Assembly: GCA_028534125.1 (NCBI GenBank)
Contig: CM052816.1
Coordinates: 43,464,001-43,528,000, forward strand
Source: Lama glama
Taxonomy: Eukaryota
Direction of reading: 5' to 3'
DNA length: 64,000 nt
Positions 12,365 through 23,600 of the stretch are shown piece after piece. The notes under the pieces are model-generated. The model searched no databases and was not told where the DNA came from. It saw nothing but the letters and a program-made list of their open reading frames with translations. Numbering within the stretch: position 1 is the stretch's first letter; the number at the start of each line of letters is the position of its first letter. The translations under genes and the position numbers were made by a program.

Positions 12365-13499
12365 TCAGTTGATAAATTGTGTTAAGGCCAAACTTACTTG
12401 AGTGTTTTTTGACTTTATATCCCACGGTAGTGGGACAGCTTAAAGGGACAATAGCTCTTGAGCGTGTGGATGAGTAACGGTGTTTCTTGCAAAGATGTCT
12501 GCCTTTCCTGGTCTAAGATAGTGTTACTAATATCCGTGCGCATGTGTGTGACTGAAAAACCTACGGTGGGACCTGCCTGGATCCTTCCGTGCTGCTCTCA
12601 TGGGGCCTTTGCCGTGGAGCTGATGTTTGATGTGTTCACGCATTCTTCTTTTACCCAAACAGTTAGTTCAGAGCCTTTGCTGAAGAAAGTGTGCTCCAGC
12701 CTGGCCAAATTGCTTCTCAACAGGCTTCTTTATCTGTAGCTGTTGTTTTCCAGCCAAACACTTTGGTGCTGCCTGTTGGGACACAGGCAGAAATTGTGCT
12801 GTTCACGAAGGGGTGGGTCTCAGAACCTCAGGAGATCTTTTATTCCTATTTACCAAGGCAAAGAAAAACACACAGAATCCCCACCTGGGTAGGGAAACTC
12901 TGTTTTCAAAATGCACAGATATGTGGTATTTCTGATTTTATTAGGCTTGGATCTGCACCTGGGGATGGCATGGATTTCAAAGTCATTATTTAAGGTAAGG
13001 AAAGAAAACTTTAAACAACATTATCACCATAAAAGATCCTGGTTTTGTTTTTGAAATGTTGAACTAAATAAGTTTAGTGATTAGTAGAAGACCAACCATT
13101 GTACTTCTGAGAAGTTGTTCTTAGAAAGGTTTAGATTAACAATTTGTTTCCATTTTGTTCACAGACGTACTCTCTGTAGGATGGGGGTTGACTGAATACC
13201 TGCCTCACTGAATACCTGCTTCAAATCACCTTTCACGTTTTCTTGTTGGAAAGACAACCATTGGAGAATCATCTTGTCACCATCAGCAAAAATGGAAACA
13301 AATCAAGATATTAAGGATGCCACAGTGGCCAGCAGTTAATGATGCCAGTGTTATGCAAGCTTTGGCAAAGGAATTTTTTAAGACCTAGTACCTGACTAGC
13401 CAGAAATCTGGAAAGGTTGAATCTATCTTTGTTGTCTCAGCTGTTTCTGAAATCAGCGCAATGCCTCTGAATTAAAGTGAATTGAAACATGCATTGACT

Positions 13500-13612
13500 T
13501 TTCAATTTAATTGAGTATTTACTATGTGTGAATCACTGCACAAAATAGGGGAGGGAAAATGAGGGAGACAAATAAGATGTGGTCCCTGCCTTCAGTGGAT
13601 TTACAATTAGTT
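13500..13612 (-). mobile_element. L2 3' end
   Basis: attgagtatttactatgtgtg...aataagatgtggtccctgccttcagtggatttacaattag. Confidence 0.75.
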
Positions 13613-14602
13613 TCAGAGCACATTTTTTTTTTTTTTGGTCTTCTGCTCTTAAGTGTGTCCCTAAGCTGGGAAATGAATGGAAAAGTATATTCTGTATTTT
13701 AAGTTTCTTTAATACAAAACAAAACAAAATAAAACAAAACTCCTGATGTGGGTAACTCAGAACATCTTAATTCCATTTTCTGGACTTCTGATAATTAGGA
13801 TCCATTTTATTGATTCCACATACATTCAGTAGGCTTTAGAGATATTACATATTCCAGTTGGAGTAAATTTGAATAAATTCTTTTTTCCCTCTTAGGTGTA
13901 GCTTGTATGTTGGAAAAATACATTGTGTTTGTACATTTCTTTGGGAGTGGGGAGGTGAATTCACATTTTGTTTCCTTAGGCTTCTGCCTTCCATGCCCAA
14001 GGGGCCTGTCATTCTCAATGAGTTATTAGCATAGAGAAGGGGAAGGTTTGGATCAGCTTGTGGGTGTTGCTGATGGACCCAAGAAAGTTCAAGGAAGGAG
14101 CAAATTAGACCTGAGCGATGGCTGTGTATGAAAACTTGGCTAACTATTTTAGTATTCATTGTTGTCCTCTGTGTTCCACAAGTTGAATGACTATACAGTT
14201 TTTCCAAAAAATTATTTCTGATCTGGAAATAAGTAATGATTTTTCCAGTGTTAAGACACTAACATGACTGTGGACATTAGTCATTTCATGTAGTGTCTTT
14301 GACACATTTTAGTATGTATGAGCCAACAATAGACATGTCTTTGTCTTGAGTAGTGTCCATCTGAACTGACAGTGTGCCAACTGTTTTTTTGAGACATCAT
14401 CAACAGACTTCTTAATTAAGCTGCCAGTATATACTGCCAATAGCACTGTGTGCTGTTTGAGAAATGAATTGTGTAAGTGCCGTTTCCCTCGTATTGAATA
14501 AACAGTATTGTTCCATATAAAATAGATTTAAAGTATTCTTTGAGTGGGGCATTATGTTGCTCCCTAAAGAATTTGAGGAGCATTCTCAAATCATTCCTTT
14601 TT

Positions 14603-15627
14603 TAAAATTTTTATTTTTTTAAAGTTGAAGTATAGGCAGTTTATAGTGTTCTGGTGTACAGCATAATGTTTCAGTCATACTATACATAATTCCTTTTCAT
14701 ATTCTTTTTCACTATAGGTTACTACAAGAGATTGAATATAGTTCCCTGTGCCCTACAGTAGAAACTTGTTTATCTATCCTACATATAGTAGTTAGCATCT
14801 GCAAATCTTGAACTCCCAATTTATTCTTTCCCACCCCTTTTCCTCTCCTGATAACCGTAAGTTTGTTTTCTATGTCTGTGAATCTGTTTCTGTTTTGCAA
14901 GTTAAGTTCATTTGTGTCTTTTATTTTTTTTTTTGATTCCACATATGAGTGATATCTTTCTCTTTCTGGCTTACTTCACTTAGAATGACCCATCTATCTC
15001 CAGGTTCATCCATATTGCTGCAAATGGCATTATTTTATTCTTGTCTATGGATGAGTAATTTTTTTGTATATATATACACCACAATTTCTTTATCCAGTCA
15101 TCTGTCGTTGGAAATTTAGGTGGTTTCCATGTCTTGGCTCTTGTAAATAGTGCTGCTGTGAACACGGGTGCATGTATCATTTTGAATTAGAGTTCCTTCC
15201 AGGCATATGCCCAGGAGTAGGATTGCTGGATCATATGGAAACTCTATTTTTAATTTTTTAAGTCTTCTCCATACTATTTTCAATAATAGCTGCACCAAAC
15301 TGCATTCCCACCAGCAGTGTAGGAGGGCTCCCTTTTCTCCACAGCCTCTCCAGCATTTATCATTTGTGGACTTTTGAATGATGACCATTCTGACTGGTGT
15401 GAAGTGACACCTCATTGTAGTTTTGATTTGCATTTCTCTGATAATTAGCAATATTGAGCATTTTTTCATATGCCTCTTGGCCATTTGTATGCCTTCATTG
15501 GAGAATTGCTTGTTTAGTTCTTCTGCCCATTTTTAGATTGGGTTGTTTGTTTTTTTGTTATTAAATTATATGAGCTGTTTGTATATTCTGGAAATTAAGC
15601 CATTATCAGTCGCATCATTTGTGAATA
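14603..15627 (-). mobile_element. 5'-truncated lineage-specific L1 (ORF2 C-terminus plus 3'UTR) with a 17-bp target-site duplication
   Basis: ORF 15116-15484 reads HMKKCS...[19 protein letters not shown]...[16 protein letters not shown] (L1 ORF2 cysteine-rich domain). TSD tcaaatcattccttttt (14586-14602) and tcaaatcatttcttttt (15628-15644), one mismatch. Confidence 0.95.
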
Positions 15628-15899
15628 TCAAATCATTTCTTTTTATTTAATTTCTAAAAATTTTATTTTGCTTCTCAGTAAGAAATAGCTCTAATTTGAC
15701 CAATGACCTATTTATATGATTCATCCTTAATAGGATGAATTGCGTCACCCCCAAGTCCTGATGGTGTTATTGGTTATTTGTTATGTCACTTTCAGTTTGT
15801 ATGAAGTAGCTTCCAGGAAGTCTGACTTAGGAACCTGTATTGTATTAAATTGTAGGTATTTATTTACTGTTCTGGGAAATTTTTTGGAGGGACCCCCTC

Positions 15900-15965
15900 T
15901 ATATTCCTTGTACCTAGTACAGTGCCTGATGCATAGTAGGTATGTATTCAGTAAACATTTGATGA
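15900..15965 (+). mobile_element. L2 3' end
   Basis: gtacctagtacagtgcctgatgcatagtagg...ttcagtaaacatttg. Confidence 0.7.
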
Positions 15966-16291
15966 TCAAGGCTTGTAAAAGTAGCTTTTTTCATCTGTGG
16001 TTCGTAAGGCTCTGTAAAGGACAGACGGGTCTTGTTAACAGAGTAGCACCTCTATTGGTTAGAGGTTTACAGTTAATCTGTCTAGAAGAAGTCCAGATCA
16101 ACTGGGTATTTCATATATAATCTAGTCCCCTTGGCCTCTTAATTGGTGTCTTGAATTCAGCGGTTCAGCCCTGTCATTTGTACCAGCGTCCATTCTGCTT
16201 CTGCACCTCCCCCTACTCTGCACAGGGACGGGGCTTTGGCTGGGCTGCCCCGCTTCTCCTCTGGCTTGTCCATCAGTAGAAGAGCAATCAC

Positions 16292-16502
16292 TCTATTCAC
16301 TGGGTACTCATGATGTGCCAGGCGCTGAGCTCAGTGCTTTACACATATCCTCTCACTTAATTATCTCATTTAAACCACACAACAACCATTTGAAGTGGGT
16401 ATTATCCACTGCAGAGACATGTATCTTGCTTAAGTCATGGGGATCTAAATCCAGATCTCTTAGATTTCAGAGCCTAAACTATTAACCCCTACCCTCTGCT
16501 GT
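16292..16502 (-). mobile_element. MIR SINE
   Basis: atgtgccaggcgctgagctcagtgctttacacatat...tctcatttaaaccacacaacaacc...gtgggtattatcc. Confidence 0.85.
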
Positions 16503-19500
16503 ATCCCAGGAGAAATTCTTACTGCCCGAGGGTGGGGGAGCAGGTCAAATCTGGACATAGTCCAGATTAATTGCATTTAGTATTCCTGAACAGCAAACTG
16601 TCTAACAGATAAAATCCAGCAAATCACCGTTGTTTTGAGAATGGGGAGGGAAGAGCAACTGGGAGAAAGCAAAGTTGAAAACAGACCAATTTGAGTCAAA
16701 CCTTTAGCCTTTACCTCATAATTTGTTTTTAACTTTTCTTTTTTTTAACATGGCCTAACATCATATGATAAATCAAAGCCTGATGTAACCGACCCAGAAT
16801 TGATCCCCAAATGTGTTTTGGGGGAACATGCTTTAAGTCTGGTTGTTGATTCTGAGGAATAATTGCCACCCTAGGAAGGTAATTACATATGCCATTGTTT
16901 ATACACATAATAGGCTCAGAATGCATGTTCTGCACAGAGGGGAAGAGACTCCTGCTTGCACATTAGGGGTGTGTGCTCTGCATTGTGTCAGAATGCCACA
17001 AATAGCATTTGAACTGTTCCCTGTTACTGCTGATTATCCCCCATGTGTGTATGTGCATGTGTGTGCATGTGTGTGTGTAAGGGAGAGGTGGGGACCAAGG
17101 AAGGGAATGAGCCATGGAAGGCTATTTGTTGAGCTGAAATGGCAGGGATTTGCTTTTCCTTAATTTTTTAGTTTACCAGAACATTTTCTGGATCTGATTC
17201 ATTTAGCTCGGGCTGCTAAAAAGACTGTTTTCTTCCTGCTTGGCATATGCTTATTAATGAGTTCTCATATTTCTTTCCATCCAGGGCTGTTTACTTTGTG
17301 GAAATAAAAAGTGAGAATCCTTCTCCACAACATCCTCCTAAATGCTCTGGTTTTGACCACCCCTTTAAGTACTCCAGTCAGCTGAGAGAGCAGCCAGTGC
17401 CTTTCCTCTCTCCGTGCTTTCTGGTAAAACAGAAATGGGGTTTAAACCACAAATGATCAATTAAAGCACTTCATGCCTTTTCTTTTAGCCCTAAGACAGT
17501 AGTTAGCCTAAGTAAATACAACAAACAGGCTATTTTGTGGTAGTCTAACTCTAGAAACATATTTTTTTTTTTAAATCGAAGTCTTAAAAAAAAGTCATGA
17601 CATTTTGTAGTGCTGCACAATGAAAGAAATACATATGTATTCCAATCTGGAACTGGGCATTGTTTGAGGCCGAAGCAATTCATCCTGGGCTATTCTATGC
17701 CACAGTGTCCAGCAAATTGCATGACCTGCTTGTTAGGCTTGACAACAGTGTTTTACCTAACAAAGGCGTCTGCAGCTCCGAGCAGCAGTGGAATGTCGGA
17801 ATGAGCACATTTCACACACAGATGTGCAGCTATAATAGCCTATAAGGAGATGCATGTGGCAGGGAGCAAAGGGTGGGGGTGGGTGATTGGAGAGCGTGGT
17901 GTGTGAGTATGTAGGTTGGGGGCCAGCGGGAGGGGGAGGCCAACAGTTAGCAGTAGGGACGTGGCCCCACTGACCACATTTAATCAGCCCTCTGTAAACA
18001 ATTCAACATTTTCATTGTTCTCTAAAAACTAATAAAGAGAAACAAGCACTTTTCATTCATCTTGAAGTAATTTTCTGTCAGGTTGGAGCCCCTCGTGGCC
18101 TCCAGCTTGTGCAATGCTAGCTGTGTGATACAACAACTATTGCAATTTATTTTACAAACTCTGGTCATTCACATGTCAGTTAGTGTTCACCAAGCCGGCA
18201 TCTGAAATTGTGCAGTTAACGAGTTTTACAACATTTCTATCAAGAGAAACTGTTTAGCATAACTGACTCTTAAGGAGTTATTATACCTCTAAAAATCCAT
18301 TTTAAGGGGCATTATTTAAATAAAATAGAAAAACGGTTCACTGCCTTTTAAAGGGGCTACAAAAAAAGTCCATCAGCTCCAGTGCAGTAATCCTCAGCTT
18401 AAAGCACTCTTGAGAGCACTTCTGGGAATTGTCAGCATAATGAAATGTTTTGTGAAATGTCCAGATAGATTCCTCTACTCAACAATTTTACTGCACCATA
18501 TTTATTTTCCTTCCAGTTTTTAAAGAAGTGAATTACTTTTTGAGAGGATGGCTCTATGTTGTATAGATTAACTGAGCACATTATTACCCAGGTTGTAGCA
18601 AAAGAGATGGTTCTGTTTGCAGTGTCTTCTATATGCATGTTCAGACAGGGGCAAAGAAGAGAAAGGTGGCTGGTCCCCCTTAGTGCTTTGGCTCCAGAAG
18701 GGTTAAGTCACAATGAGGCTTATAGAGCTTTGCATTTTCCTCCTGCCACGTTTTCTTCAGACTTTTAAACAACTTTGGTACACAATGACGTCTGTAATTA
18801 CTTTCTTTAAACTTTACAAAATAGTCTGTTTTTTCATCCTAAGTAAATAATTGCAGGGGAACTCATACACATGTACATTGGCACATGTTGCTTGATACAT
18901 GCTGCTTGAATCTGACCCATTTCAACAGGAGATGCTACTGAGCATTTTACTTGAAGGAGAATAGATTCCTCACGTTAACTGGGGTGACCGATGACCCCAA
19001 GCCAGTTAATAGCTAGAGCCCATAATGGAGCACTGTATAGCATAGCGGCAAGTTCATATAGCACGTTATATTACCTAATAGGAGTAGAAGCCACCACTTG
19101 TAATGTAAATGGCTTAATGGTTCTTTCTACGATTACCAAGACCAGGAGGAAGATTATGTTTTGCTGTAACAAGAGATATTCCGTTTCTTTAGGAGATGTG
19201 TCTATAACACGGCACATTGTCATTTTGCCACAAACAGTTCCCTAATTTCTTAGACTGCTGTTTGTGCACACGACTTTAATTTTCTGAGGGAGACAGGCAG
19301 GTGTTCTTTGCCTGTTAGCTGTATCTGCCCATAAGAAGCACAGTAGCATCCATGAACCAAATACAATTTGACATTATTTATGCCCTTATTACCTCCTACA
19401 GAATGATATTATTTCATGCTGGCACATTAATGTTTTCAGCACGATACTGTCATTCCTGGAAATTTTACCTTCTGAAGTTCAATACTGAGGAATGAGTATT

Positions 19501-19823
19501 AAAATTTTCTAAGTGCCTTAAATTTAGTGAAAATGCAACTTATTCCAAGGTTAGCCTTTTTACTCTTTGTTGATACTTGGTGGCACTGCAAAATCATATC
19601 TGAAAACTCTTACCCCTTCTTGGCTGAAGAGCTTGTTCCTATCTATTTCTGTTTTTGCAAATACTATTTAATCAACTTATGTCATGATTCGTTTTCCTAG
19701 TGATGTACACTCAGGAGATATTGGCCAAAAACTGTTTAAGTGATTGCAACTTGAATCCATTTGGTGTAGTACTTAGATCTGTTCTAATATGCTGGCATTC
19801 AGAATTAGTTAGGGCAGATGGAG

Positions 19824-20348
19824 TGTATATGTTTCTTATTGCTGCTATAACACATTACCACAAATTTAGTGGCTTAAAATAACACAGATATAGTATCTTA
19901 CAGTTCTGTAGGTCAGAGGCCTCACTGGGCTAAAATTACTTGTTGACAGAGTGGCATTCCTATTGGAGGCTCTGGGGGAGGATCCTTTTCCTTGCCTTTC
20001 CTAGCTTCTAGAGACTGCCTGCCTTCCTTGGCTTGTAGCTCCTTCCTCCATCTTCAAGACTAGCAATGGGGAGTTGGAGTCTTCTCACATGGCATCTATC
20101 TGACCCTGTTCCATTGTCATTTCTCTCTCTCTTACTGCAGCCAAAAAATGTTCTCTATCTTTGAAGACTCGTGTGATTAGATTGGGCCCACCCAGATAAT
20201 CCAGGATAATCTTCCCATCTCAAGGTCTGTACCCTAGGTAACATCTGCAGAGTTTCTTTCACCACCTGTGGTATCATATTCACAGGTTTGGGAGAAGAGG
20301 ACCTGGAAAGCCTGAGAGAGAGAAGGGGGCATTAGTCTGCCTACTACA
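19824..20348 (-). mobile_element. MLT1D-like solo LTR with a perfect 5-bp TSD
   Basis: TG...CA termini; internal gattagattgggcccacccagataatccaggataatct; TSD tggag at 19819-19823 and 20349-20353. Confidence 0.93.
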
Positions 20349-20408
20349 TGGAGTCTCTGAGAGTTCTTTCTCATACCAAATTTGAAGGATTAATAGCAGT
20401 CATCAGCC

Positions 20409-20650
20409 TAGTAGTCTCCAAACTTTAAAAATCATGCATGAAAATAGTTTAAAAATCTTGAGTATTCACCCTAATATATGTACATTTCCTTCTAAACTTC
20501 ACTGTTGTCTATATTAATAGTATATGTACAAGTAGTACAGCTTCATTTCTTTTTAATGTATCAGCAGGCAAAAGCTGATCTTCTAATCATTCTGTGCCCC
20601 AGTGCGTCACTCTGTGTGCCCCTAGGGCTCTGTGCACCTTATTCTGGAGA
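20409..20650. mobile_element. hAT-Charlie-like MER fossil
   Basis: Degenerate terminal inverted repeats tagtagtctccaaact ... attctggaga around an AT-rich core, with gtgcccctagggctctgtgcacc near the right end. Confidence 0.45.
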
Positions 20651-23600
20651 GGAAGGGGAGTTTGGATTAACTTGTGTAAATGTAGCTTTTGATTCTTCCA
20701 GACACATAAGGGCTTCAAGGTGAGGAAGGGACTTCCTGCAGACTTTCTGGTAGTGTCTGATAGTTTTTGAAAGTGAGAAAAAAAGTTATTTGTTTTGCTT
20801 ACACGATTACTGCTGTTTGTAGTTACAGAGTGTAACAGTATAGAGTGTAATGTGCCCAAAACTGTCCTGAAAGTTGAGAGCTGCAAATGATAGAATTAGG
20901 AGACGAATGCTTTCTTGTAAAAGACTAGAAAGAGGTTGTTTACTGGAAAACTCTAAAATATGAGCTAGTTACTTATTTAGGAAAAGGCCGTATCTCATCA
21001 GAACAGCTACCCTTGTCAGTGTACTTGAAAATTCTAAGAAACCAGTTGCTCAACGAGCGTTTTGAATACTAGCAGCAAGATCCATGTGAAACTGGGCTGA
21101 GAGGAAAAGTGGTTCTGTGAGGTATACTTTAAATCCTGCTTCTAACTTAAAAAAAATCTCTATTACATCAGCCACACTTGATCTCCATGGTATGTAGGCT
21201 TATTACAGTGTAGGAAACCCAGAAATTCTAACACGAGCCGACTATGTAAGTCCTCTTGTGTTAAAATTTGAGATATTTTCAGAACAGTCATCCTAGAAAA
21301 TGGGATCTTGCTAAGACATGCTGACACACCTCTGAAATCAAAAAGAGCTTCTGCTGGCAAATGAAAGTAGGTTGCCACAAAAATGTACATCAGTTAGGAA
21401 ACAAGTCAGTGAATGTTTGCCAACTGCCGTAAGTGACCCGGAGGCAGTCTGGGCAATGTATTTCTATTTGATTTGCCCCAGGCCACTTCCATTCCCTTCC
21501 TGAAAGGTGGACAGGTAGGCTTCTTTAATCCCTCACCGACAGTTTCCATCAGTGATCTCAAAATGTAACTGCTAACGTGTCACTGATTACTGTACAAAGA
21601 AGTTAACCATTACAGCTAAATTTCCCCACTGAAACCCAATCCAGGGATTAGCAACAATAGGGAATCTGTTTTATTTGCATTTAATTTGTACCTTCACACT
21701 ATTATCTCCAATGTTTTAGTTTCAGGAAATGTGGTCTCAGGCTATTATAACCACATTTCATGCTGCTGTTGCACTGTTATTTGATCTCTATGGTTGGAAA
21801 TGACTTACTGAAAAAATAAAGCGAGCGTACTTTATTTTAATTATACCAGTGCAGTGTCTAAATAAAAAATGTACTTTATATTTAATGTGGAGCACAGATT
21901 AACAGTTTTATGGGACATAAAATCTATCTAGATCATTTTCTATTTACACATCGGTTATATATCTTTCTCTCAGCAAAACAAATGCCTATAGTGTGAAAAC
22001 GAGGAAGGAGAGCATCAAAGTTACAATCACATGGGCAGTAAATAACATCTTAATTGGTCTGGAATGCTGGAGTTTGATTTTTTTTTTCCGCTTGGCTTTT
22101 ATTTATTGATCTCTATAGCTTATTTATCTTCCTGATGATTTGTACAAGTCCATCTTCTTTCCTCAATAAGCCAATCTATGGTGGTTTTATATTGCAAATC
22201 CCATCTGGGGAAATGGTCTAGTGAGAGAAGTGTAGTTGCTCCTGGAAAAGCCATTATTTGAAAGCCTTTGTAGAGGTGAGGGTAACATCTCAGTTTTTGC
22301 ACTTTGTCTTCTGGGAAGAAAGGAGGAAAGGAGTGCAGCTATTATGAAGTTGCCACCCAATGTATGTTTCGACAATTCTTTACTCTGCACTTGTTTGGCA
22401 GCAATAGGAAAACAAAGAAGGACTGAGGGTACACTGGGAAATGTCTTTTAATTTTTCCTGTACATGATTTAGCTCCTAGTGAGGGCAGCAGACAGGAATG
22501 GATTGTATATGTCTAATACATCATATGTAAACCCTGGGTTTTCTTCTGTATGCATTTCTACAGCTCCATGGCTAATATCTTTTTTAAAACAGCACTTTAG
22601 GATAAACTACACTTCAAATGACACATTATGCTCCACAGTGCAGTTGAGAACTGGCAAATGTAACCATTCTCAGGAAAGCTAGTTGGCAAAAAACCCACTA
22701 CTTTTTCTAGTATACAGATATCCAGAGCTGAAGTCAACCCTGGAAAATCAGAGATTTTTTTTTTCTCCTAAATCAGTGATGCCCTTGTTCATCAAATCAG
22801 CCCTTCCAGTGTTTGTCGTGATCCTGTCTGGTTGTCTTGATCTCACAGAATATCAGAAGAGTGCTCTGAAAGATTTCCTCTGTTGATAGCTGAGGGAAAA
22901 ACAAGTTTACAGATGGCAACGCTATACTTATGCTATGCAAGTGATGCTTTGCAAAGTGAATTTATAAACATATTCCAAAGAAGAGACTCTGATATCCAAT
23001 CATCACCCTAATATAACCTTAACTGCCTTTAAATGAGCTAATGGAAATTTGGGACAGGTCTTTAAGAGAATGCATTTACATTTGACATAATTAGTGGTAG
23101 GCAGATCTTGCTGCATCCAGGGGGAATCTCGAGACAACTGCTTGGTCGACGATTAGTGCTTAATTTCTGAATGTCAAACCCTGCACATCTTAATTTCTGG
23201 AGAATAAGCTCAATTGAACTTGCTCCCAAGTTATGCAAAAACCGCTCAGATAAAACCAAGTGGACACCAATGTAATGAATGTGGTTATTAAATTGTTTCA
23301 ATTGAAAGAACCCTATTCTTACACCATCATAATGGGAACAATTTATCCCCACTGATCGGCCTGTCTCTCCCTTTCTCTCTCTCTCTCTTTCTCTGAGCTT
23401 TCTTTGATCTTGAGGCATATTGCGGTGGTGTGTCCTATTGAAAAGCGAAACTGGGGCAATTTTAATGCTTTTGTACCTTACCAGTGCTCTATTTTTTCGC
23501 TGTTTAAAAATAGCTGTTAATTATAAGTGCAGTTTAAATGTCTCAAGTGACCCAGAAATGCAGGTTGGAATGAGACAGATTGTGTGTCTCATATGAAACA

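Noticed and set aside
16548..16568. Short perfect hairpins (also 9118-9134, 23683-23699, 44337-44356)
   Set aside because: Arms of 8-10 bp are expected by chance in 64 kb of AT-rich DNA, are too short for pre-miRNAs, and share no sequence with each other.
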